From a virus, in IMG/VR virus record IMGVR_UViG_3300047472_000191, positions 1 to 64,000 of that record: a stretch of 64,000 nucleotides of DNA. One strand, written 5' to 3'. Both the position numbers and the translations under genes were made by a program. The notes under the pieces are model-generated. The model saw nothing but the letters and a program-made list of their open reading frames with translations, had not been told where the DNA came from and did not search any database. This document shows, one piece after another, positions 37,356 to 46,083 of this stretch (positions within the stretch are counted from its first letter, which is position 1; every line of letters begins with the position of its first letter).

Positions 37356-37889
37356 ATGACCACCCCGGAGCAGCCGTCCCGTTTCCACGCCTCCCCCGCC
37401 GACATTGACGCGTTCCTCCGCGAGAACTTCGCCGAGGACGTCCTCCTGAACTTCTACCGGGCCGTCGGGGATGAGGTGCTGGACGAAGTACGGATCAGCG
37501 CCCAGGCGTTCAAGAACCTCAAGGCGCAGGGGCAGGCCAAGCACGTCTACCTGGCAGCTATCGACGACACCATGGACTACGTCTGGGATGACCGGTTCTT
37601 CCCGGCCAAGCTGCCGCAGATGACGCACCACAACCGGCCGTTCAACCCGCCCCGAACCGCGCAGGACTGGGGGCGCGGGTTCCTTCCTTGCACAAAGTGC
37701 GGCGGTCCTCCTGAGGACCACATCGGATGGGACCGGCGTCACCTGTACACCACGGTCTCCCAGGGCCCCGCCCCGGCCCCGGAGCCGGACCCCTCCCCGT
37801 GCTACCGCAAGAAGGTGCACGAGCCCCACAAGTGGCTGAAAGGCCGCAAGGCTGTCCCGTGCCCCGGCATCCCCAAGGAGTCTTCGTGA
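37356..37889 (+). CDS. hypothetical protein
   Basis: AAGGAG RBS. Confidence 0.7.
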   Translation: MTTPEQPSRFHASPADIDAFLRENFAEDVLLNFYRAVGDEVLDEVRISAQAFKNLKAQGQAKHVYLAAIDDTMDYVWDDRFFPAKLPQMTHHNRPFNPPRTAQDWGRGFLPCTKCGGPPEDHIGWDRRHLYTTVSQGPAPAPEPDPSPCYRKKVHEPHKWLKGRKAVPCPGIPKESS

Positions 37890-38248
37890 CCACCGAACAG
37901 CACCCCATGGCTGCCCTTCTCCAGTACATCGACGGCGCCCACCTGGACCCCGAGTACGTGGAAACCCTGATCGACCAGATCGCCTCCAAGGCCGTTGAGG
38001 GTGCCAGGACCCGCATGGTGAGGGCCGTGTGGGCGCAGATGTGGCCGATCGCGCAGAAAGACCGCCAGGGGCTCAGCCAGGCCTATGTCGGCGGCTGGGA
38101 CGACGCCACCGCGACCGCCGTGGACAACATCAAAAGCGCCTGGCTCCACACCTGCGCCGAGTGCAAGCAGCCCATCGGCTACACCGGATCCCGGTGGGCG
38201 CACGAAACCCATCCTGACGACAACCACGACGCCCGCCCCGTCCGATAG
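37886..38248 (+). CDS. hypothetical protein
   Basis: GTGA overlap, AAGGAG RBS; start re-called. Confidence 0.65.
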   Translation: MTTEQHPMAALLQYIDGAHLDPEYVETLIDQIASKAVEGARTRMVRAVWAQMWPIAQKDRQGLSQAYVGGWDDATATAVDNIKSAWLHTCAECKQPIGYTGSRWAHETHPDDNHDARPVR

Positions 38249-38257
38249 GAGCCCCTG

Positions 38258-38485
38258 ATGGCTTTCACCGACTCTGCTGCCGTATCCGATCTGTCTCTCG
38301 CGGACCGCATCGCCATCCGTGACGACGATGGCAAGACGTGGGTCACCGCCCGCGTGACCAACCTCGCCTATCTCGACGAAACCGCGATGACAGACACCCG
38401 CATCACGTTGCAGCTGGACGACGGGTCCATCCGCCAGTTCGACCGCAAGCCCACCGACCTGATCCTGTACAACTTTGAGAAGTAG
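38258..38485 (+). CDS. hypothetical protein
   Basis: AGGAG RBS. Confidence 0.7.
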   Translation: MAFTDSAAVSDLSLADRIAIRDDDGKTWVTARVTNLAYLDETAMTDTRITLQLDDGSIRQFDRKPTDLILYNFEK

Positions 38486-38605
38486 ATACGGCCTACTTCG
38501 GACTAAACTCCGTGGTATGCGGTAAGCACTGAACACGATAGACTGTCACTACCCACCCAGCCTCCTCGCGAGGCTGGGTTTCTTTTTGCCCAGAGGAGAT
38601 CCGCT

Positions 38606-38821
38606 GTGACCATGGAAGAAGCAATGCGTAGGGTCACCGGGGTCATCCTCCACCCTGTCTTCGAAAAAGCCCGCCCCGATATCGTCGTGGCGCCCGGCCC
38701 CAACCGGACTGTATCCGTGAGCGGCCCGCAAAACCATCTGGACGGCATTTCACGGGCCTTACAGCGCACCGGCTTAGCGATACACCGTCCGGCCCCTGCA
38801 ACGCTCTTAGTGGTCTTCTGA
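38606..38821 (+). CDS. hypothetical protein
   Basis: GAGGAG RBS. Confidence 0.6.
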   Translation: MTMEEAMRRVTGVILHPVFEKARPDIVVAPGPNRTVSVSGPQNHLDGISRALQRTGLAIHRPAPATLLVVF

Positions 38822-38831
38822 GGGCTGTGCA

Positions 38832-39398
38832 TTGCCGTCCACGACTCCGACCCCCGCCGCCGAACAGAAAATCCTGCTACGCGCCCGGGAGGTCGCTTTG
38901 ATCCGCAATACACCACGGCCGGGGGATATCGGCTTAACGTCCATAGAGGGCTATGTCGGGTTCCTTATCCGATTAGGCCAGTGGCTCAATGGAGACGGCT
39001 TTTCCCACTACGAGCACGCTTTCATCGTCCTCGAAGACGGCATGCTGATAGAGGCCATGCCGGGCGGTGCGCAGATCGTCCCGCTATCCGAATACGACGA
39101 CCGCGACGTGCTGTATGTGAGCCCCGCTGGTCTCACCGATGCGGACCGGAAACGGATATGCGATGCGGCACGGAATTTCGAGCACACGCCGTACAGCTTT
39201 CTCGACTACGCGGCGATAGCAGCCCACCGGTTACGGCTGCCCTTACCGGGGCTCCGGGATTACGTGGCAGCAACGGACCATCTCATTTGCAGTCAGTTGG
39301 TTGACCGGGCGTACGAAGACGCCGGGATCAAGATCTTTTCCGATTCGAGATGGGATGGCTGGGTGACCCCAGGAGCGCTGTACAAGCGGCTGAAGTGA
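38832..39398 (+). CDS. Permuted papain-like (YaeF/YiiX-type NlpC/P60) enzyme
   Basis: 'PGDIGL', 'YEHAFI', 'IEAMPGG', 'PYSF', 'LICSQLVDRAY', 'VTPG' (His before Cys). Confidence 0.8.
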   Translation: MPSTTPTPAAEQKILLRAREVALIRNTPRPGDIGLTSIEGYVGFLIRLGQWLNGDGFSHYEHAFIVLEDGMLIEAMPGGAQIVPLSEYDDRDVLYVSPAGLTDADRKRICDAARNFEHTPYSFLDYAAIAAHRLRLPLPGLRDYVAATDHLICSQLVDRAYEDAGIKIFSDSRWDGWVTPGALYKRLK

Positions 39399-39416
39399 CG
39401 GCTGTACGCTGACACA

Positions 39417-39455
39417 CGAACGCCCCCTCCTGCTTCGATCGGGAGGGGGCGTTCG
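39417..39455. terminator. Hairpin terminator between convergent genes
   Basis: GAACGCCCCCTCC...GGAGGGGGCGTTC. Confidence 0.8.
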
Positions 39456-39469
39456 TTGCGGTCTCGGGG

Positions 39470-40162
39470 TCAGCGAGTCCAGGGGGTCGGCTGACCCTTG
39501 GCTTCGCAGAGCCGGGCGTATGCCGTGGTCCTTGGCAGACCCAGTTCGTCCATGACCCGGGGGATGTCCACTGCCTCCCCTCCTTCGCGTGCCAGTAGCT
39601 CCTTGACCTGCTGGACTTCCTGCATCTTGCGGATACGGCGGGGACCGCGCGGCTGAGGGATCACCGTAGAAGTGCTGACGGGTGTGGGCTGGTGGCGCTT
39701 GTCCGCAATGAACTGGAGGATCTCTGGTGTCATCTCGAACCACTCGGTGCCCGGGATACGACAGACGGCAAATTTGCGGTGCAACGCGCGCTCCAGAGAT
39801 TCCCCGCCTTCGAGCAACAGCAGCACGGCGTCGTCCCGGAGGGAAAGCGTTCGCAGGCGGCGCCGGAGACTACCCGTGTAGCCGATCTTGATGCGGCCTC
39901 CGTTGGGGGCGAAATAGACCACATCAGGGTGCTTGTCATCCACGGGCGTCGGGACTGCGGTCGACCTCCCGATCAACTGCGCGTCGTTCCTGGTTGCTGA
40001 CCCATCTTCAGCGTCCCGTTCCTCGTGTGCCAGTGCAGTGGCCAGCATGTTCGGAAGGACGGATGCGGCCACCTCCAGCTGGTGCCGGGTACACAGCAGG
40101 ACCGGCGTCCGAATCGTGGGCGGTTTGGTGCAGGCCGGGGCGGTGCAGGTTTCAGAGTTCAT
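39470..40162 (-). CDS. GIY-YIG-like (T5orf172-type) protein with C-terminal HTH
   Basis: 'VVYF...RIKIGYT..L.RR', 'LERALHRKF', 'TEWF'. Confidence 0.75.
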   Translation of the reverse strand: MNSETCTAPACTKPPTIRTPVLLCTRHQLEVAASVLPNMLATALAHEERDAEDGSATRNDAQLIGRSTAVPTPVDDKHPDVVYFAPNGGRIKIGYTGSLRRRLRTLSLRDDAVLLLLEGGESLERALHRKFAVCRIPGTEWFEMTPEILQFIADKRHQPTPVSTSTVIPQPRGPRRIRKMQEVQQVKELLAREGGEAVDIPRVMDELGLPRTTAYARLCEAKGQPTPWTR

Positions 40163-40202
40163 GCACGTGTCCTTCGATTTGAGTTTGAGTGGGAGTTTGC
40201 TG

Positions 40203-41393
40203 TCAGGTTCCGCTCATGGTTTGGGTTTCAGTCGCTGGGTTTGCCCGCCGGTGCCACGCGGCACGTGCCTCCTTGAGCCGGGCGTACGCAGTGGACCGAG
40301 TGAGTTCGAGTTCGTTCTGAACCACCGGGATGTTCACTAGGTCAAACCCGAGCAGATCCATCAGTTCGAGAACAGCTGTGACCTGCGCGGTCTTCGTCGT
40401 GGCCCGGTCGGTCAAACTCACAGGCGTGGGCGCAGTTTGCTCCACAGGGGGTTCGGGTTTGAGTTTACCTGGCCCCTGAGCAGCAGCCTGCTCCGATTCG
40501 AGTTTGCCGGGCTCCTCAGGAAGTTCGGCAGGGAGTTCGAGTTCGTCAGAGAGTTCACCGGAGAGTTCGCCCGGAAGTTCGCTGGGCATCTCAGGGAGTT
40601 CGGCGGGGGCGAGTTCGGGTTCAGCCGGGGGTTCGGCGGGCTCCGTAGGAAGTTCGGGTTCGTTGGGGAGTTCGGCCGGTACGCGTTCAAGCACGGGACT
40701 GGGCGCCGCCGTCAGTTCCGGAACCCCCTCCGCAGGCGCCAGCTCTCCCATCCGCAGCCGTACCCGCTGAATCTGCGTCGTCTTCCGGCGCCACCCTCGC
40801 CCGTGCTTGTCCCTCAGCTCCGCCCTAGCCATGAGGCGCGCGCTCTCCAGCCGCAGCCCTGTCCGGTACGACGTGACCTCCCACAGGACCATTCGCCGCC
40901 ACAGCCGGGCTGTAGAGAATGGGGCCAGGAGCCACCGGGACTTTCTCACCCGTTCCATGCGGCGCCCGGTGACGGCCCCGATAAGCGCCCGGTACACGTG
41001 TGCGGCGATTTCTGAGCAGACCACCCACAGCAGCGGGAGGGCGCCGTGGCCGATCTGAGGTGCGAGACTGTTTCCGGCTGCGGAGACATTCAGGTACATC
41101 GTCACCGCTGTGAGCGTCCACGGAACTGCCCGCACCCACCCGAGGGGCATATCGGCCCGAATTAGCAGGAGGTGGGCCAGGGAGAATACGGGGATGGCTA
41201 TGTCGACGGCTACGGGGAGAATCCAGAAGGGACGGAATCCCCATTCCTGTGCCTGCTGTCCGACCGTATCGAAGGATGCGAGTAGGCCGAGTGCGCCGAC
41301 CCCGAACGCGCCTATGATCACCGCTACGAGAAGGTATCGTTCGAATCGCAGCAGGTCGGGGATTTTGTTGTCGGGGGGCTGATCCGGCGTCAT
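40203..41393 (-). CDS. DUF2637-like membrane protein (Streptomyces plasmid/ICE type) with Pro/Glu-rich linker and C-terminal HTH
   Basis: N-terminal TM helices, 'PVAVD', 'RMERVRKSRWLLAP..T.RLWRRM.LWE..SY'; start re-called. Confidence 0.7.
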   Translation of the reverse strand: MTPDQPPDNKIPDLLRFERYLLVAVIIGAFGVGALGLLASFDTVGQQAQEWGFRPFWILPVAVDIAIPVFSLAHLLLIRADMPLGWVRAVPWTLTAVTMYLNVSAAGNSLAPQIGHGALPLLWVVCSEIAAHVYRALIGAVTGRRMERVRKSRWLLAPFSTARLWRRMVLWEVTSYRTGLRLESARLMARAELRDKHGRGWRRKTTQIQRVRLRMGELAPAEGVPELTAAPSPVLERVPAELPNEPELPTEPAEPPAEPELAPAELPEMPSELPGELSGELSDELELPAELPEEPGKLESEQAAAQGPGKLKPEPPVEQTAPTPVSLTDRATTKTAQVTAVLELMDLLGFDLVNIPVVQNELELTRSTAYARLKEARAAWHRRANPATETQTMSGT

Positions 41394-41504
41394 TTCGCAT
41401 GTCCTTTCGAGGTAGATCAAGTGGTGGTAGTCTAGCACTTTTGTGCTGGTCAGAGACGGATATAGCCGCCCATCACTGGACGGCTATAGACCTGATTTCA
41501 CCGG

Positions 41505-42194
41505 TCAGGAACGGGGCTTTTTCCGTGGAATGTCCGGAAGCCACCAGTCCAATACCGCGTCAAGGAAATCCGACCGGGACGGGAACCCGTACCCCTCCCA
41601 GATGACGTCAATGACAGCCAGCTCCTGCCGAGAAGGCCGGAAAGGCTGCTGGGCAGTCTGTTTGATCCGGCCCCGAGCCGATCGCCGTCCTTCTACCTCC
41701 CCGAACAGACTGCCTGAATCGTCTTCATCGTCTTCATCCGGTTGGAGCCGTGCGAGGGCCCTTTCCCGGATTTCGAAGAAGGCCCCAGCGTTGTTTGCAG
41801 CGTTCACAGCCCGCCGGACCACCACGGCATTAGTGGGAGTCCGGCTCGTCTCCTGGGTCTTGGCCGCCTGGTACGTGTCGAACCTGTCCCGTACGTCCAA
41901 GGAGATGTTGACCGCGCACTGCATGGTCAGTTTCCCTGTCGGTCCAAGGTCCGGAAACGTGAGAGCGATCGGGTCGGGCCGGATGCTCTCCACCGGGGCA
42001 GGCTGTGCAGGCACCAGGACGGGTTCAGGGGCCTCCGGCTCGACAACGGGAGCCGGTTCCTCGGCGACAACCGGCAGAGGCGCTACAGGGGCCTCTGGAG
42101 CCTTTGCAACCCGGGGCTTCTCCCGCTGCGGTCGCCGGGCGAAAGCCGCCGCCAGATCCGGATCATCCGGAAGCCCGCCAAGCCGCTCGGTCAT
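41505..42194 (-). CDS. Probable ParA partner (centromere-binding adaptor)
   Basis: ATGA-coupled to parA; disordered N-terminus and RHH-like segments. Confidence 0.55.
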   Translation of the reverse strand: MTERLGGLPDDPDLAAAFARRPQREKPRVAKAPEAPVAPLPVVAEEPAPVVEPEAPEPVLVPAQPAPVESIRPDPIALTFPDLGPTGKLTMQCAVNISLDVRDRFDTYQAAKTQETSRTPTNAVVVRRAVNAANNAGAFFEIRERALARLQPDEDDEDDSGSLFGEVEGRRSARGRIKQTAQQPFRPSRQELAVIDVIWEGYGFPSRSDFLDAVLDWWLPDIPRKKPRS

Positions 42195-43162
42195 GCCGCG
42201 TCCACCTCGTCATCCAGGGCGAACCACGTCTGCACGACCTCCATCGCAAGGGACTGGTAGTCCCCGGCGAGCGCCCGGATAGACGGCAGCAGCTTGGGGT
42301 CCACCTCCTTGGAATTCCGCAGCTCCTGCGGCACCTTGCCAAGCTCACGGCACTTCACGGCCGCGGCCTCCACATGGCGGATGGCCTGATCGAACACCGG
42401 GGCGGTGCCCTGGAGATCCCTCTCCAGCTGCTCCTTGATGTTCTTCTGCACCTTCGTGGCCGACGTGTTCGTGGAGAACAGGACGACGCCCAGCAGCCGC
42501 AGAAGCGGGTTCAAGTCCAGTGCGGTGACGAAACGCCGGGCCACGACCCGCAGCCCCTTACGGGACGAAGGATCCGACTTGGACGGAATCAGCACCATGT
42601 CGCCGGACGTGAGCGCCTGTAGCTGGAGAACATCCGACCCGGGGGCTACGTCGAGGATGATGCAGTCGAACTCCTCGCGCAGCGGGTCGATCGCAGCCGC
42701 GTACATACCCATCCACGCGGTGCGATCCTCAGACTCGCCCTGGGACATGGCGATACGCCGCTGTACATACAGCTCCTCGACCACGTTCTCCAGCTCGGTA
42801 CCGCCCGGGACGACGTACAAGTTCGGGCGTGCGGGGCCGGTCGGGGCCAGAGGCTTGCCTTCCAGGATGGCGGCGGCTTGAGCGGAACCGTTGTCGTCGA
42901 GCTGAGTTTTGGTGATGCCGAGGTCTTCACAGTTGTTGCCCTGTTCGTCCATCTCGATGAGCAGGGTCTTTTTGCCGATGGCTGCCAGCGCCACAGCGAG
43001 GGCGGCTGCCGTGGACGATTTGCCGACGCCTCCCTTGCCGTTGACGATGACGATGATCTTTCGGAGCAGGTCGCCGTTGTCGATGAGCTGGAGTCGGCGG
43101 CGGAGTGCCTTCTTCACCGTGTCGAGCTGGACCAGCGTGATGCTGGCTTGGATGGCTGGCAT
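42191..43162 (-). CDS. parA: ParA-family partition ATPase
   Basis: Deviant Walker A 'NGKGGVGKSS', 'LLIEMDEQGN', 'IILDVAPG'. Confidence 0.92.
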   Translation of the reverse strand: MPAIQASITLVQLDTVKKALRRRLQLIDNGDLLRKIIVIVNGKGGVGKSSTAAALAVALAAIGKKTLLIEMDEQGNNCEDLGITKTQLDDNGSAQAAAILEGKPLAPTGPARPNLYVVPGGTELENVVEELYVQRRIAMSQGESEDRTAWMGMYAAAIDPLREEFDCIILDVAPGSDVLQLQALTSGDMVLIPSKSDPSSRKGLRVVARRFVTALDLNPLLRLLGVVLFSTNTSATKVQKNIKEQLERDLQGTAPVFDQAIRHVEAAAVKCRELGKVPQELRNSKEVDPKLLPSIRALAGDYQSLAMEVVQTWFALDDEVDAA

Positions 43163-43396
43163 GGGGGTGCCTTCCTGTGACGGGTTGGGGTCGGGCCAGT
43201 CCCAGAGGTTACACAGGATGAGGGGAGATACAACGGTGACGGGTCGTTATGTACTCGTATGGGAGGCCCTGGACGCACGAAAGGCCCGGCACGTGGCCGG
43301 GCCTTCGGTGTTTGGTGCGGAGTGCGCGCTTAGCACGCTAGAGGACATGACCATTAGCACGTCGTCTAGCACGGGTATTAGCAAAGCGGTGCGGGG

Positions 43397-44047
43397 CTAC
43401 GGCTTGAGGGGCTCCCAGCAGCCGCACTTGAAACGACAGTGGGTGTGCTGGCGGGTAGTCGGGTCCCAGTGACTGGTGAGGACGTGCCCGCACCCCCGGC
43501 GCTCACACACCGGCGGGTCATCGACCGGATACCGGTCCGTGTTGTACGCGATGGACCTTGGGTCCCGGTTGTCGCCCCACTCCCGCATGAGCCGTTCCCG
43601 CGTAACGATCCGGGTGATCCCCATGGCACCTATGAGCGCCTCGCATTGCGGGCAAGGTTCATCGGTGATGTAGATGGTGGCGCCCTTGAGGGCTTCCCGG
43701 CCTACTGCCGCGACAGCCTGGAGAACGGCGTTGTGCTCGGCGTGAATGGCAGAACAGCGCCAGCCCGGGGCGTTGTAGTCCCCGCCCGGCGGGACGTCCT
43801 CCTTGGACCGCAGGCCGCGCTCACAGCCCTTCTCCTCGAAGGAGCAGTGGGGTTTCCCGGAGCCGGTGCCGTTGTAGCCGGTGCCGACTATGTTCGGCGG
43901 GGACCCGGCCGTGATGACCGCGCCGACGTGGCGACGGGTGCAGATGGCCATCTCAGCTTCGCCATGGGCGTGTTTCAGGTTGACCTTGTCCCGGAGTTCC
44001 TTGCGCTGCTGCTCGTATTCCGGGCCGCGTTCGACGGGTCGTTCCAT
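43397..44047 (-). CDS. dCMP deaminase-family protein
   Basis: 'CTRRHVGAVI', 'GYNG', 'IHAEHNA', 'TDEPCPQC'. Confidence 0.9.
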   Translation of the reverse strand: MERPVERGPEYEQQRKELRDKVNLKHAHGEAEMAICTRRHVGAVITAGSPPNIVGTGYNGTGSGKPHCSFEEKGCERGLRSKEDVPPGGDYNAPGWRCSAIHAEHNAVLQAVAAVGREALKGATIYITDEPCPQCEALIGAMGITRIVTRERLMREWGDNRDPRSIAYNTDRYPVDDPPVCERRGCGHVLTSHWDPTTRQHTHCRFKCGCWEPLKP

Positions 44048-44107
44048 GGTGTTCTCCGTTCCACGAAAAGAGGGCTGCACGGTTTCCCGTACAGCCCCCA
44101 GGGGTTG

Positions 44108-45154
44108 TTACAGCTGCTCTGCCAGCTTGCGCAGCTCCTGCGCGGGACCCGTCTCCAGCTGGTCCACCCACTCGGTCGGCCACTCGACTCCGGCCGCGCC
44201 ACGGATGTTGCCCGCGATCGCCGCGAGGGAGTCGCTGTCTCCGTTCGAGACGGCTGCACGCTGGAGAACCTGAACCGGCTTGTCCCAGAGACCGACGGTG
44301 CACAGCATGGCCCCGGCAAGCGCCTCGGGAGCCGTCCAGCCCTCACCCGTGATCTGGCAGGGGTCGCTGTCTCCGGCCCAGCCGTGGCGGAGCGCGTTCT
44401 GTGCCTCCATCAGGTACTTGGCGCACAGGTCGTATCCGGCCCGCAGGTACTCCTTGCTGGAGTGGTACTCGGACTGCTCCCACAGGTCACCGAGCACCCG
44501 GGTGGGGTAGCTAGTGCGCAGATGGGCATTCAGGGATTCCTCAATGAGGAAGTCCAGAAGCTCCATTCCCTCCATGCCGTCGTAGGCGCCGAGGGTTGCC
44601 GCCACCGTGAGCCCTGCCGCCGCCAGTGCTGCCGGGTGAGCGTGCGTTACGGCAGCTGACAGGTAGGCCAGGTTGATGGGGGACTCGTACAGGTCGTTGG
44701 ACAGTGCGATCGGTGCGACGCGCATGTTGGCGCCGCATCCCATGGTGTTGATGTCCGTGGCGTCCTGCCAGGTGTAGCCGTCGCGCAGCATGTCGCAGGC
44801 TCGCATGCAGGCGTTGCCGGGTGCCCGGCGGTTGTCGGGGTGCTGGGACCAGTAGACGTACTTACTGACCAGCTCGTCCGCGAAGCTCTCCGTGTACGTC
44901 CCGAGGTTGCTGGGTCGCATCTGGAGGAGGGCCCGGCCGGTGGCGATGGTCATCTGGGTGTCGTCGGAGATGAGTACCTTGCCGTCGGCGTCGCGGTAGC
45001 GCTTCGGGTGAGGGGCGTTGTCAAAGTCGGCGGTCTGCCAGTTCCGGCCGGGAAGGAAGTTCAGGATGTCGTTGGTGCGGTTGAACTCGCGGCTGTAGCC
45101 GAGGGCGTCTCCGAGGGCGCCTCCGATAAGCGAGGAAAGGGCCTTGGCATTCAA
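44108..45154 (-). CDS. ADP-ribosylglycohydrolase (ARH/DraG family)
   Basis: 'GGALGDALG', 'SDDTQMT', 'GCGANMRVAPI', 'VTHAHP', 'GDSDSLAAIAG'. Confidence 0.92.
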   Translation of the reverse strand: MNAKALSSLIGGALGDALGYSREFNRTNDILNFLPGRNWQTADFDNAPHPKRYRDADGKVLISDDTQMTIATGRALLQMRPSNLGTYTESFADELVSKYVYWSQHPDNRRAPGNACMRACDMLRDGYTWQDATDINTMGCGANMRVAPIALSNDLYESPINLAYLSAAVTHAHPAALAAAGLTVAATLGAYDGMEGMELLDFLIEESLNAHLRTSYPTRVLGDLWEQSEYHSSKEYLRAGYDLCAKYLMEAQNALRHGWAGDSDPCQITGEGWTAPEALAGAMLCTVGLWDKPVQVLQRAAVSNGDSDSLAAIAGNIRGAAGVEWPTEWVDQLETGPAQELRKLAEQL

Positions 45155-45228
45155 GGGTGCTCCTGAGGTGGGGTGGTTGGGTTGATGTATCTACCCTAGC
45201 ACACTTGTGAAATGATGCGCAAGCGTGA

Positions 45229-45444
45229 TCAGTCCGACTGCCGGGCAATCGCCGCGTTGGACCACATCATGACCTCTTCCAGATGCGTCACCGCGAGCGC
45301 CTTCTCCCGCCCCTCCGGCAACAAGAAGTTGAGCAGCAGAGCGAACATCAGACACTGATTCCTCACCTCCTCATGCTGGCTCACCCGCTCCGGCGTCTTC
45401 GGCGGGTGATACGCGAACCGGTTCCTCAGGTCGTCATCGTTCAT
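45229..45444 (-). CDS. Acb2/Tad1-like hairpin protein (putative immune-signal sponge)
   Basis: 'FAYHPP...HEEVR...PEGREKALAVTHLEEVMMWSNAAIAR'. Confidence 0.65.
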   Translation of the reverse strand: MNDDDLRNRFAYHPPKTPERVSQHEEVRNQCLMFALLLNFLLPEGREKALAVTHLEEVMMWSNAAIARQSD

Positions 45445-45501
45445 CGGTCGTCTCCTTCTCGTAGTTCCGCAGGAACCTGCGGACAGTCTTCGGGGGTCTC
45501 C

Positions 45502-45708
45502 TCAGTCTTCGAAGCAATCGCACCGAACACCGGTACGGATCGCACAGGACTCCTTGTGATTCGCCAGCACATGCACGCAAGGGATCTCTCCCCAGACGAA
45601 CCAACGCATGTAGTGGCGCCGGGGGTTGCCCTCCTCATCCCTGGGTGAGAGCGCCCCGCACTCGGTCTTGGTGCACCCATCCAGGACGTCAGAACACATT
45701 CCACACAT
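45502..45708 (-). CDS. Cys-rich small protein
   Basis: TGATG coupling. Confidence 0.55.
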   Translation of the reverse strand: MCGMCSDVLDGCTKTECGALSPRDEEGNPRRHYMRWFVWGEIPCVHVLANHKESCAIRTGVRCDCFED

Positions 45709-45896
45709 CAGATCCCCTCCAGATACGCGTCAAGGGCCTGCTCGCCTCCACTGCGGAGAACGTGCAGACCCTTCTCTATGTCGGTCGGATAGGTGGCGGC
45801 GTACGCGGCGTACCAGTCGTCATCGGCGGCCGGGCCCAGGTACCAGAGTGCCGCCGTGAGGATGGCATCCCCAAGGGCTTTCTGGGCAGTGTTCAC
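45708..45896 (-). CDS. hypothetical protein
   Basis: 62-aa ORF. Confidence 0.55.
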   Translation of the reverse strand: MNTAQKALGDAILTAALWYLGPAADDDWYAAYAATYPTDIEKGLHVLRSGGEQALDAYLEGI

Positions 45897-46083
45897 GTGC
45901 CCCCGGTGAGATTCGAACTCACGCTGTACGGCTTTTGAGGCCGTCGTCTCCTGGCCGCTGGACTACGAGGGCGGGCCCTGCAATTAATGCTGCAATGGGT
46001 GTTCGTGCTGGTCAGAGTACGGCTGAGGGGGACCGCCGTCAAACAGTCCCCCTCTAGCACCCGAACCCGAGAGGATCCTATCA

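Noticed and set aside
40480-40680. GAGTTC-rich repeats
   Set aside because: They encode the degenerate PEL/PAEL linker of the DUF2637-like protein
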